Assembly: GCA_934700895.1 (NCBI GenBank) | Contig: CAKUXV010000004.1 | Location: 75,765 to 139,764, forward strand | Length of the DNA stretch: 64,000 nucleotides | Reading direction: 5' to 3' | DNA from: an uncultured Bacilli bacterium | Lineage (GTDB): Bacteria; Bacillota_I; Bacilli_A; RFN20; CAG-826 | Shown: positions 19,481 through 28,620 of the stretch, piece after piece | Layout of the letters: every line of letters starts with the position of its first letter | How positions within the stretch are numbered: the first letter of the stretch is position 1 | Notes under the pieces: model-generated | Database searches by the model: none | Told to the model about the DNA's origin: nothing | The model's input: the letters and a program-made list of their open reading frames with translations, nothing else | Translations under genes and position numbers: made by a program

Positions 19481-19693
19481 CTATTCGCTTTTTTGCTCAG
19501 ATTCGCCCGTCTCTTCTTCTTTTGTCGACGCCTTTTCTTTGTCCTTCAAGGAAAAGATGTAGAAGCATACGGCAATCGTGATGGCAACAAGGGCGATCGT
19601 GACGATGATGCCAATCACAGAGCTGTTCGCAAGGAAGAGTTTCATGAAATCAAGTATAGGGCAAAGAACGTTAAAGGGAAGAGGCGCGCTCAA
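19481..19693 (-). CDS. Small membrane protein (70 aa) with an acidic C-terminal tail, upstream of gdpP
   Basis: Product has a single strong TM helix 'VIGIIVTIALVAITIAVCFYIF' followed by 'KDKEKASTKEEETGESEQKSE'. Small-ORF call is uncertain. Confidence 0.4.
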   Translation of the reverse strand: MSAPLPFNVLCPILDFMKLFLANSSVIGIIVTIALVAITIAVCFYIFSLKDKEKASTKEEETGESEQKSE

Positions 19694-19845
19694 AAAATGA
19701 AACGGTCGAAAGGAAAATCAACTTACTAAATCCTTCATGTTCGGCGTTTTGAAAGAATTCAATTCAGTGTCTTGAAAACTTTTTCTCAAAAACCATTGAA
19801 TTTGATAGGTTTTAGGATTTTTAGAAAAATGATGAAATTCATCCC

Positions 19846-19880
19846 AAGAAAAAAGAGGCCATCTCAAGGATGGTCTCTTC
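19846..19880 (-). terminator. Rho-independent terminator at the end of the long minus-strand operon (after uxuA)
   Basis: On the minus strand, AAGAGACCATC-CTTGA-GATGGCCTCTT followed by TTTTTTCTT. Confidence 0.55.
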
Positions 19881-19895
19881 TATTGGATATTCGAG

Positions 19896-20945
19896 TTATT
19901 TCAACTTCTTTTCCGTCGCTTCGAACAAGCCGTTGATATAGGCGCATCCCAAAGCGCGGTCGAAGAGTCCGTAACCCGGCTTTCCATCTTCCCCAAAGAT
20001 GTTGCGGCCATGGTCGGGACGAACGTATCCGTCGAATCCATTACGAACCAACGCTTCGACGATGCCAGCCATATCGAGGCTGCCGTCTTTGCTCCAATGG
20101 CCCACTTCGCAGAAGGAATCGTGATCGTCCGTCCATTTAACGTTACGTAAATGGACGAAATGAACGCGGCCCTGCTTCGTGTATTTTTCCGCCATATGAA
20201 TCAAATCGTTATGGCGTCCCGCACCAAAGGAACCGGTGCAGAGGGTTAAGCCATTGTTGGTCGAAGGAACCGCGGCGAACATCTTGTCCAAGTCCTCTTC
20301 GCAGGAGACGATACGTGGCAATCCAAACACATCCCAGGGTGGATCATCCGGATGGATGGCCATCTTCACGCCGACTTCATCACAGACGGGAATGACTTTG
20401 GAAAGGAAATAAACGAGATTTTGGAAGAGGTCTCCATGTGTCATGCTCGAATAGGCTTCGAGTAATCCCTGAAGTTCTTCTTGGCTATAGGATTCATCCC
20501 ATCCCGGGAGATGGAGATGATGGGGATCCACTTTCTTGAAGTCCTCATAGGAATAAGAAAGAGAATTCGAGCCATCCGCGTTTTGGTGATGCATGTCTGT
20601 ACGGAGCCAGTCGAAAACTGGCATGAAGTTGTAGCAGACCACTTTGACCCCGGCTTCAGCGACGCGACGAACGTTTTCGATGTAATTTTCGATGTAACGA
20701 TCGCGGGTCGGGCGTCCGAGTTTGATATCTTCATGAACAGGGATGGATTCGATGACTTCCATCTCTAATCCCGCGGATTCGGAAATCTTTTTGAGCTTGG
20801 CAAGATCTTCTCTTGGCCAGACTTCCCCAACGGGGACGTCATATACCGCGGTGACCACTCCGCTCATGTTCGGGATTTCGCGGATATACTGCAATGGGAT
20901 GCTGTCTTTTTCGCCGTACCAACGGAAGGTGAGTTTCATGGGCAT
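19896..20945 (-). CDS. uxuA: Mannonate dehydratase
   Basis: 349 aa starting 'MKLTFRWYGEKDSIPLQYIREIP', the characteristic UxuA N-terminus, with a xylose-isomerase-like TIM barrel. Confidence 0.85.
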   Translation of the reverse strand: MPMKLTFRWYGEKDSIPLQYIREIPNMSGVVTAVYDVPVGEVWPREDLAKLKKISESAGLEMEVIESIPVHEDIKLGRPTRDRYIENYIENVRRVAEAGVKVVCYNFMPVFDWLRTDMHHQNADGSNSLSYSYEDFKKVDPHHLHLPGWDESYSQEELQGLLEAYSSMTHGDLFQNLVYFLSKVIPVCDEVGVKMAIHPDDPPWDVFGLPRIVSCEEDLDKMFAAVPSTNNGLTLCTGSFGAGRHNDLIHMAEKYTKQGRVHFVHLRNVKWTDDHDSFCEVGHWSKDGSLDMAGIVEALVRNGFDGYVRPDHGRNIFGEDGKPGYGLFDRALGCAYINGLFEATEKKLK

Positions 20946-20951
20946 TCCTCC

Positions 20952-22910
20952 TTAATTTAATGAGCACGCCGCATCATAAGCGGATTTGATCGCGTTTTCA
21001 ATCGTGCAAGGCTTGCCTTCAAGGCAATCGCCAATCATAACCACGCGGGCATCCACGCCTTCGAAATCTATCTTATTCTTGAACGAAGTAAGCGCGGTGA
21101 CGATGGTGTCGCCTTCGAATTTGGCTTCGCCGGTCACTTGTCCTTCCGCGTTCAACGTGTCGACGCGTACGCCATCCTTTTCAAAGGCTTTGATTTTGGA
21201 AAGGGTATGGACGCCGACATGGTGGGCTTCAAAGGATTTGAGGATCGTTGGAAGAATCGTCGAGCTTTCTTCCTTGGCGATTTTCTCCTGCATTTCCACG
21301 ATTTCAACGGAATAGCCGCGTTCGGCAAGATATTCGGCCGTTTCGGTGCCAACAAGTCCGCCACCGCAGACAATGACCTTGCCAAAGGGAATCGAGCGAT
21401 TGGCCAAGACATCCCAAGCAGAGAGAACGTTCGGCAAATCATAGCCCGGGAAATGGATGTCCGCGTTGTGGGCACCGATCGCGACGAAGACATCGTCGAA
21501 ATCCTTGGCCATCTCCTTGGTGAATTCGCTGTTCAAATGGATTTGAACGCCGAGCTCCTTCATCTGATATTCAAAATAAGAGAGGAGACGGCGCATTTCC
21601 TCTTTGCGGGGAGGGACGGAAGCGATGTTGATTTGTCCGCCAACGGAAAGACTCTTTTCAAAAACTTCAACGTGATGGCCGCGAAGGGTCAAGACGCGGG
21701 CGGCTTCGAGTCCAGCTACGCCAGCCCCCACTACGGCAACGCGATGGGGTGTCGCCGCCTTTTCGATATGACGGGTCGCCTCAAATCCGTTTTCCGCGTT
21801 CAATACGCAGGAAAGGAAGCGACGGCTCGTAATGGCATCGGTGCAGCCTTTGTTGCACATGATGCATTCACGGATGGCACCGGGTTTGCCTTCTTGAAGT
21901 TTGTTGGCGAAGTCGGGATCCGCAAGAAGAGAACGGCCATAGGAGACCATGTCGCAGACGCCTTGTTCAAGCAAGGCTTCTCCGACCATCGGGCTCACGA
22001 TGCGGCCAACGAGAGAAACGGGAATCGAAACGGCTTTCTTCACCGCTTTGCATTCTTCTAACATGAAGTTATAGGGACGGGTTCCCATTGCCGGAATCGT
22101 GTCGTTCATGTTGCCCGTGTGGTTGGCTTGAGCGACGTGAATCATGTTCACGCCATGGGCTTCGAGCAATTTGGCGAGTTCAACCGCTTCTTCTAGCGGC
22201 AATCCGCCTTTTCCTAGCATTGAGCCATCCGGCTGCTTGGTGATGATGGGGAGCTTGTATTCGATGAGCATGTCGCCCGAAACTTCTTTGATAGCTTTTA
22301 CGACCATCAAGGCGAAACGGACGCGGTTTTCAAACGATCCGCCGAATTCGTCCGTGCGGTGATTGATAATGGGGGAGCAAAGCGAACCCACCAAACGGTC
22401 GCCGTGGATTTCCACCACATCAATTCCAGCAGCCACCATTCTCTTCACGCAGGCTTGGAAACGGCCAAGGATGGTTTGGAGTTGCTCTTTGGTCACTTCA
22501 TTGGAGAAGTGAAGCATATCGTGATGGAGTTTTTCGCGGCCTTCTTGCATCTTGCCCGCCGCGAAAAGCTTAGCAAGTCCATCCGCGTCATATTCGGGAT
22601 GGAAGATTTGTAGGCCAACTTTAGCCCCGTAATGATGGAGCGAATCCGCGAGGGCTTTGAATCCCGGGATTTGGGCGTCCATGAATAGTTTCGGAGTCGG
22701 GGAGAAGGTTGGAATGGGGACGACGTCGCCTAAAACGATATAGGCGGTACCGCCTTTGGCCAAACGAGTATAGAACGAAAGGGATTGCTCGCCGATCGAG
22801 CCGTCCTTTTCTTCGTACCCCGTCGTTAGAGGCGGGAACATGATGCGGTTTTTAAACGTGACGTTTTTAACCGTCAAGGGTTCAAGCAATTTCATTTTAT
22901 TTTCCTCCAT
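20952..22910 (-). CDS. Two-domain flavoenzyme: N-terminal Old-Yellow-Enzyme-like FMN TIM barrel plus C-terminal FAD/NAD(P)-binding domain (2,4-dienoyl-CoA-reductase/enoate-reductase family)
   Basis: OYE-type N-terminus ('LLEPLTVKNVTFKNRIMFPPL') and a C-terminal dinucleotide-binding motif 'VAVVGAGVAGLEAA'. This architecture is shared with FadH, BaiCD/BaiH-type and enoate reductases. Confidence 0.8.
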   Translation of the reverse strand: MEENKMKLLEPLTVKNVTFKNRIMFPPLTTGYEEKDGSIGEQSLSFYTRLAKGGTAYIVLGDVVPIPTFSPTPKLFMDAQIPGFKALADSLHHYGAKVGLQIFHPEYDADGLAKLFAAGKMQEGREKLHHDMLHFSNEVTKEQLQTILGRFQACVKRMVAAGIDVVEIHGDRLVGSLCSPIINHRTDEFGGSFENRVRFALMVVKAIKEVSGDMLIEYKLPIITKQPDGSMLGKGGLPLEEAVELAKLLEAHGVNMIHVAQANHTGNMNDTIPAMGTRPYNFMLEECKAVKKAVSIPVSLVGRIVSPMVGEALLEQGVCDMVSYGRSLLADPDFANKLQEGKPGAIRECIMCNKGCTDAITSRRFLSCVLNAENGFEATRHIEKAATPHRVAVVGAGVAGLEAARVLTLRGHHVEVFEKSLSVGGQINIASVPPRKEEMRRLLSYFEYQMKELGVQIHLNSEFTKEMAKDFDDVFVAIGAHNADIHFPGYDLPNVLSAWDVLANRSIPFGKVIVCGGGLVGTETAEYLAERGYSVEIVEMQEKIAKEESSTILPTILKSFEAHHVGVHTLSKIKAFEKDGVRVDTLNAEGQVTGEAKFEGDTIVTALTSFKNKIDFEGVDARVVMIGDCLEGKPCTIENAIKSAYDAACSLN

Positions 22911-23742
22911 TTTCTAAAAAGTCATGGAATTCATGAATGTATCGGGCTTCCACTTCGTCGTGGTATTGCCCTTTTTCAATGAGAGGGGCCACTTCTTTTT
23001 GCAGTCTCTCCCAACTTTCCGCTTCCTTCGTGGGGATAATCGGATAGAAATGCACGTGGTTGGCTTCTGCCGCTTTTAAGTCGCCGAGGGCGTCTCCTAG
23101 CATCACCACGTTGTCTGGAGAATAGCCTAAGGCCAATCCTTGGGCGATGATGTCTTTCTTTGATCCCTTGTCTTGGCAAGCGCAATCTAAGAAATAAGGC
23201 ATAAGGCCACGGGAAGTCCATTCTTCGTAGACGGCATCCTTGTTTGCACTCGAAACGCCCAATAAATCCGCGAAGAGGCTAAGGGTTTTTAAAGTTTCCT
23301 TCACGCCTTCAAATTCTTGGGCAGGGGGCAAAGAAGCAATCGAGGCATTGACCAAATTTGACCACTCAAGAGCCATTTTTAAGCAGGCGGGGTGGCTGGA
23401 TTTGGTGATCCATCCCCCCAATGCTTCGTTACTTAAGGCCGAAGAATGATCGACGAAATCCTCAAAATCCTCTAAACCTTCCGGAGCATAACCATATCGT
23501 TCTTTCACAAAGAGCAGGATGGCCTTTAAGCCCTGGAAACGGTTGATGCCCCTCGTCAAAGAATAGAGATTCAACCGATTCCATTCGTTTAGGATCTCTT
23601 CGCGATGAGGCGGAAGAGGAAAGGCGTCGAAGAGACACGGACCGAAGGAGCGAAGATGCTTCACGGTCATCGTGTCCATGATCGTGCCGTCCGAATCAAT
23701 GCAGATGAGGAAATCGTGGGAGCGAGTTCCAGAAAGCATCAT
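22897..23742 (-). CDS. HAD-superfamily hydrolase (HAD-IA, phosphatase/beta-phosphoglucomutase-like)
   Basis: Motif I 'LICIDSDGTIMDT' and motif IV '...MLGDALGDLKAA'. Overlaps neighbouring genes, implying an operon. Confidence 0.65.
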   Translation of the reverse strand: MMLSGTRSHDFLICIDSDGTIMDTMTVKHLRSFGPCLFDAFPLPPHREEILNEWNRLNLYSLTRGINRFQGLKAILLFVKERYGYAPEGLEDFEDFVDHSSALSNEALGGWITKSSHPACLKMALEWSNLVNASIASLPPAQEFEGVKETLKTLSLFADLLGVSSANKDAVYEEWTSRGLMPYFLDCACQDKGSKKDIIAQGLALGYSPDNVVMLGDALGDLKAAEANHVHFYPIIPTKEAESWERLQKEVAPLIEKGQYHDEVEARYIHEFHDFLENGGK

Positions 23743-24590
23743 CAGACTCCGCTATAGGACGAGAATCCGCCATCGATGGGGACGCAGATGCCCGTGATGA
23801 AGCTGGCCGCTTCCGGGCTAAGAAGGAAGAGAGTCGCACCAACAAGCTCTTCCACTTCTCCAAACCGTCCCATCGGGGTCGCATTCAAGATTTTGTGGGT
23901 ACGAGCCGTGGGCGTGCCATCTTCGTTCCAAAGCAATTTGGCGTTTTGGGTCGTGGAGAAGAATCCCGGAGCAATCGCGTTGACGCGGATGCCGATGTGA
24001 GAGAAATGAACGGCGAGCCATTGGGTGAAGTTTTTCACCGCGGATTTGGCTCCGCTATAGGCCGGAATCTTGGTCAGTGGGGTATAGGCGTTCATGCTGG
24101 CAATATTGAGAATGGAGCAGCCTTTCCTTCCCACCATGTCTTTGGCAAAAACTTGGGAGGGGAGGAGGGTTCCGATGAAATTCAAATTGAAGACGAATTC
24201 AACTCCTTTCTCGTCCAAATCGAAGAAGGTCTTCATTTCTTTTTGGGCATCGTCAAGTTCGGCGAATTCGTTATCCGTGGTCGCGCGGGGATTGTTTCCA
24301 CCGGCGCCGTTAACGAGAATATCGCAGGGTCCGAAGTCCGCCAAAATCTTTTGATGGGCTTCTTCTAGCGCTTCTTTGTTCAAAACGTTAGCAGCATAAC
24401 CTTTTGCAATAAATCCTTCCTCCACGATTTTGGCAGCGGCTCTATCGGCGGCTTCTTGATTGAGGTCGAGAAGAGCGACTTTGGCACCGCATTGGGCAAT
24501 GGCTTCCGCAAGGCTGGAGCAGATGACTCCGCCGGCGCCAGTCACGACGACGACTTTGTCTTTCAAATCGATTTCAAATGGCAATTTCAT
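23742..24590 (-). CDS. Short-chain dehydrogenase/reductase (SDR), UxuB/KduD-like
   Basis: Start trimmed to 'MKLPFEIDLKDKVVVVTGAGGVICSSLA' (TGxxxGxG) with an AGGAGG ribosome-binding site upstream. The tracked ORF is N-extended. Confidence 0.8.
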   Translation of the reverse strand: MKLPFEIDLKDKVVVVTGAGGVICSSLAEAIAQCGAKVALLDLNQEAADRAAAKIVEEGFIAKGYAANVLNKEALEEAHQKILADFGPCDILVNGAGGNNPRATTDNEFAELDDAQKEMKTFFDLDEKGVEFVFNLNFIGTLLPSQVFAKDMVGRKGCSILNIASMNAYTPLTKIPAYSGAKSAVKNFTQWLAVHFSHIGIRVNAIAPGFFSTTQNAKLLWNEDGTPTARTHKILNATPMGRFGEVEELVGATLFLLSPEAASFITGICVPIDGGFSSYSGV

Positions 24591-24606
24591 GTTTTTGCCT
24601 CCTTTT

Positions 24607-26370
24607 TTAGAAAGTGGTGTTGGGCGTTCCGCAGAACGCGTCGACGGGAGAAATACCTTCAAACTTTCCCCTGCCTAATAGTTTATCGATGAGGACGTCC
24701 ACCGTCACAACATTCTTGTCATAAGCATTGATGTAATTTCTTGCCTGCGGGACATCGAAGAGGTGGAACGGGGAACAGAAGGAAATGAAGAGGACGGGCA
24801 ATTCGAACACATACCAAGGCACATCCGCGGTTCCTTTGGATAATTTCCAGGAAATGCGCTGCACCGTGTTATGGGAATCGAAATGGGCTAATTGGATGAC
24901 AAGATCATAATGATCGGTCAAATCATGGATTGGAGTCTTGTTGTTATAGACGTTCCCCACCAAACGGAAGGCCTCCATCGGGGGCAATTTCTTGGCTTTG
25001 TCCATCAAGGATTCGAAGATCGTAACTTCAAACCCTTCTTTTTCTAGTTTTTCTTTCACTTGCTCCGCGAGGGTTAAGCCCCGCTTCGGCATCATGAAGG
25101 CAAAGGGGTTTTCATCTTCTTGGCCCACAAGAAGAATCCGGCGATACTTTTCCGGCGCAAGAGGGAAGAGATGGTCTTCGTCTTTAACTAACGTAATCCC
25201 CTTTTCCGCGACTTCTTTGGTATAAACGGAATCTTCTTTCAAAACCTCTTTGATTTTTCCTTCGTCAAAAGAGGGGTAATCCTTCTCCCAATCGAAGGAA
25301 GCGTATCCGAGTTTGGCTTTTAAGCCTAGAATGCGGCGAAGCGCATCATTTAAGCGGGCCTCGTCGAAGATGCCTTTTTCATAGCCTTCGGCAATAAAGG
25401 ACAAATCTTCTTCATAATCGTTATAGAAGAGAATCATGTCCATCCCGCTAGCGATCGCTAAGGGCAACAAGTCTTTTCTTTTGCCCGCGCAGGTGAATCC
25501 GACCATGTGGGTCGCATCCGTCACGGCGAGACCGTTGAAGCCAAGTTTTTCTTTTAATAAGCCGTTGATCAGTTTCGGGCAAATCGTGGCAGGACGGTAG
25601 GCAAGTTCGGGGTGATTGGCATCCTTTCCTGCGTAAGAAGGCAAGGAAATATGTCCGACCATCACCATGTCTAGTCCTTCTTGAATTAAGGAGGAATAGA
25701 CCATGCCGAAGCTCTTGTCCCATTCTTCTTGGGATAAGGGGTTGGTCACGGGGGCTAAATGCTGGTCCCGTTCATCATACCCGTCTCCCGGGAAATGCTT
25801 CGCCGCGGCGAGCAAGCCCTGTGAATGGATGCCGCGAAGGAATTCAAGGGACATCGCCTTTACTTTTTCGGGGTCGTTGCCAAACGTGCGATTAGAAATC
25901 ACGGGGTTATGGAAATCATGATGGATATCCACGATAGGGGCGAAAATCGTATTGACGCCAACCAGGGATGCTTCCTTGGCCGAAACTTCACCAAGCTCAT
26001 AGGCTAGATGCAAGTCATTGGTCGCGGCGATTTTGGTTTCGCAGCCCACCAAAGTTCCGCCATTGAAGGCTCCGTTGCCACCGGATTCGCAATTGGCCGC
26101 CACAAAGCAAGGAATCGAAGAATATTTCTGCACGTTGCGGTTATGGTCATAGATGTCTTTGGCCGAACCGGGATTATAACGGACGCCTCCCGGCGCGTGT
26201 TTCTCCATGTTTTCTTTTAGATCCTCTTCCTTTTTGGAGGCGGTTAAATCGATGAAGAGCTGTTTGAATTTCGTCTCGAGATCCATGGAGGCAATGGTGT
26301 TCTCGACCCAGGCAATTTGATCTGGATTTAATTCGTATGGCTTTTTGGTCAAATCTACGAATTTAGGCAT
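24607..26370 (-). CDS. Glycoside hydrolase family 3 protein (NagZ/beta-glucosidase-like), cytoplasmic
   Basis: GH3 N-terminal domain with 'KHFPGDGYDERDQH' (KHFPGxG signature) and the Asp nucleophile region 'GLAVTDA'. No signal peptide. Confidence 0.8.
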   Translation of the reverse strand: MPKFVDLTKKPYELNPDQIAWVENTIASMDLETKFKQLFIDLTASKKEEDLKENMEKHAPGGVRYNPGSAKDIYDHNRNVQKYSSIPCFVAANCESGGNGAFNGGTLVGCETKIAATNDLHLAYELGEVSAKEASLVGVNTIFAPIVDIHHDFHNPVISNRTFGNDPEKVKAMSLEFLRGIHSQGLLAAAKHFPGDGYDERDQHLAPVTNPLSQEEWDKSFGMVYSSLIQEGLDMVMVGHISLPSYAGKDANHPELAYRPATICPKLINGLLKEKLGFNGLAVTDATHMVGFTCAGKRKDLLPLAIASGMDMILFYNDYEEDLSFIAEGYEKGIFDEARLNDALRRILGLKAKLGYASFDWEKDYPSFDEGKIKEVLKEDSVYTKEVAEKGITLVKDEDHLFPLAPEKYRRILLVGQEDENPFAFMMPKRGLTLAEQVKEKLEKEGFEVTIFESLMDKAKKLPPMEAFRLVGNVYNNKTPIHDLTDHYDLVIQLAHFDSHNTVQRISWKLSKGTADVPWYVFELPVLFISFCSPFHLFDVPQARNYINAYDKNVVTVDVLIDKLLGRGKFEGISPVDAFCGTPNTTF

Positions 26371-26448
26371 AGACGTCCCTCCTTTCTTTTCAATATCTTG
26401 GAAACGGGGGCAGGCCGAAGCCCGCCCCCAAGTTCAGTGATTTGGCGA

Positions 26449-27852
26449 TTAGGCCAAGGTGATGGTGATGGCGTTAGCGCCTTCGACGATCGAGAAGCAC
26501 CAATAACCAAACATTTCTTTACCACCCAACGCGTCTTTTCCGTTGTTCTTAACGGAAGAAACAGTCTTGCCTTCGGGAGCAGTGACCTTGAGGGCAAGGG
26601 TGTTGCCAACAACGAGTTTGTTCGCATCGGCCGGGACTAAGTGTTGGAAGTCTTGGCCAGCGCAGGTCATTGCGACGACCGTGCAGCCTTGGAGGTCTTC
26701 CGGAAGAACAAGGGTGCCGACTTTGACATCCGGGTTCTTGTCAGAGCCTTGGATGTTGACGCCGACTTTGTTGACGCCTTCTTGGATTTCGAAATAGAAG
26801 AATCCGTCATCGGAGGGCTTTTCAAGAGAGGTCGTGCCGAGGGTGACGCGGACGATGGTGTTGGAACCGGCCGGGGTCACTTTGACGGCGAGGTATTGTC
26901 CAACGACAACTTCGGCGCCATTAGTAACGGCAGTTCTTTCGCCGCCAATGGTCGGGGTGGTGAAGACTTCGACGATGGCATTATCCGGGCTCGGGATCGA
27001 GACGGTGCCTTTGGTCAATTGATGATCAATGGTGGCTTTCTTTTCGATGGCTTGGCCATAGGTGGCGCTATAAGCACGGGTGCCGGCGATCGAAACCGCG
27101 GGGGCCGGGTTCATGATCGGCATGGCGAGTTGAGCGTTGATCGCTTCGGTGTAGGAAGTGACATAGCCAGAAGCGTTGGTTTGAACGGTGTAAACGCCAG
27201 CCTTCTTGCCTTCGGCGCTCGGGAAGTCGGAAACGCCGCCGTCGGTGTTATAACCAACATAGGAAGAGGTCGCATCGAATTGGACGCCTGCTCCTTCCAC
27301 TTTTGCGGTGGGTTCAGCATCTAAGAATTCGCTAGCTTCGATGTTGCCAGTGGATAGACCGAATTCGCGGTGGAAATAGCTGTCCGCGCCGTCGTAAAGA
27401 GCGGTGGAGGTAGAGATGTCACCCGCGTTGTTGTGGGAAATCTTGACCAAGAATTCATCGATTTTGGCACGAGCGGCTTCTTCGGAAGCGAGCTTGGTCG
27501 GATTTTCCATGACGTTGGTGAGATAAAAATAATCAGATTCGACCTTGTAAACCAAAGCTTCAGCCTTGCTTTCAACACCCTTATCCTTGCCGTTGCGAAC
27601 AACGTGGAGGTAGAGGTTGCCAGCGGTTAAATCGTATTCGCCGGTGGTGACGTCGTCGATATTGTGCTCAAAGCTGGAAAGGGCTTTGTTGTCGACGGTA
27701 ACGTCGTATTTGGCCGTATAGGTGAATTGAACGGTGCCGGTCAATTCTTTGCTGAAGCCGTTGATGATTTCGGCTGCAGATTTTCCGCCGCCGCAGCTCG
27801 CAAGAAGAGCAGCCGAGGCGAGGACCATGATGATTTTGCTGTTGTTTTTCAT
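26449..27852 (-). CDS. Surface lipoprotein of unknown function (467 aa), beta-rich with repeated Thr/Val segments
   Basis: N-terminus 'MKNNSKIIMVLASAALLASCGGG' is a lipoprotein signal with lipobox. No catalytic motif recognised. Confidence 0.6.
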   Translation of the reverse strand: MKNNSKIIMVLASAALLASCGGGKSAAEIINGFSKELTGTVQFTYTAKYDVTVDNKALSSFEHNIDDVTTGEYDLTAGNLYLHVVRNGKDKGVESKAEALVYKVESDYFYLTNVMENPTKLASEEAARAKIDEFLVKISHNNAGDISTSTALYDGADSYFHREFGLSTGNIEASEFLDAEPTAKVEGAGVQFDATSSYVGYNTDGGVSDFPSAEGKKAGVYTVQTNASGYVTSYTEAINAQLAMPIMNPAPAVSIAGTRAYSATYGQAIEKKATIDHQLTKGTVSIPSPDNAIVEVFTTPTIGGERTAVTNGAEVVVGQYLAVKVTPAGSNTIVRVTLGTTSLEKPSDDGFFYFEIQEGVNKVGVNIQGSDKNPDVKVGTLVLPEDLQGCTVVAMTCAGQDFQHLVPADANKLVVGNTLALKVTAPEGKTVSSVKNNGKDALGGKEMFGYWCFSIVEGANAITITLA

Positions 27853-27872
27853 AACAATCTCCTTTTATTTGA

Positions 27873-28619
27873 TTAGGCCTTTTTGCCTAAAGAAACCCAT
27901 TTTTTCATCGTATCAAAGGCAACGATGATCTCCTTTTCCCAGAACGTCCAACTGTGGTCGGCTCCTGGAACGAACCGATATTCGACGCCCACGTGATTTT
28001 CCTTTAAAAAGGTATTGAATTCACGGCTGGGGCCGATGATGAAGTCTTTTTCTCCAATGCTCAAGAACACGTGCAGGTCCTTCTCCTTTTGCTTCAGGAA
28101 ATGGCTTTGCAAGGTTCCGAATTTGCTTTCGTCGATGAAGTCCGGCTTCGTTGCGGGCGAGAGGGCCACGCATCCATCGTATTTCTCGACGTTGGTGAGG
28201 TAATGGTACAAAGCGCCGTACCCACCCATCGAAACCCCGATCACGAATAACGGGGCTTCGGGGGAAAGGTTCTTAAAATTCCCATAGAGGTAATCCAGTA
28301 GGTCTTCTTCAAGGAAGTCATAATGGTTATCGATGGGGCCGAGGTTTAGGTACCACTTGTTCTCGCCGTTGATGAAGCAGGCGGCGAAGTGATTCTTTTC
28401 GCAAAGCGATTCGATCGTCGTGTTGTTGATCCAGGCTTTGCGATTGTCGCCGAAGCCGCATAGTCCAATGACGAGTGGGAAATGCTCCGTGCGGTGTTGG
28501 TAATATTCCTTATCGTGGTTATTGAGCGCTTCGTGCAAATTTGCAGACGGGAGAATCAAGGAGATCTCCACGCGGCGACCGAGGTGCTTGGCGTAGAAAT
28601 CAATGTCCATTCTCGCCAT
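27873..28619 (-). CDS. Esterase of the 'putative esterase'/tributyrin-esterase (EstA) family
   Basis: Nucleophile elbow 'GVSMGGYGAL' and C-terminal 'GADHSWTFWEKEI', matching the EstA/S-formylglutathione-hydrolase-like fold. Confidence 0.7.
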   Translation of the reverse strand: MARMDIDFYAKHLGRRVEISLILPSANLHEALNNHDKEYYQHRTEHFPLVIGLCGFGDNRKAWINNTTIESLCEKNHFAACFINGENKWYLNLGPIDNHYDFLEEDLLDYLYGNFKNLSPEAPLFVIGVSMGGYGALYHYLTNVEKYDGCVALSPATKPDFIDESKFGTLQSHFLKQKEKDLHVFLSIGEKDFIIGPSREFNTFLKENHVGVEYRFVPGADHSWTFWEKEIIVAFDTMKKWVSLGKKA

Positions 28620-28620
28620 A

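Noticed and set aside
21138-22061. 307-aa plus-strand ORF, and similar long antisense ORFs (42789-43844, 26641-27324, 30690-31289)
   Set aside because: They are antisense to well-supported genes (the OYE reductase, lysS, the lipoprotein, the permease). Their products are low-complexity Gly/Asp/Arg-rich with no motifs. They are mirror ORFs created by codon bias.
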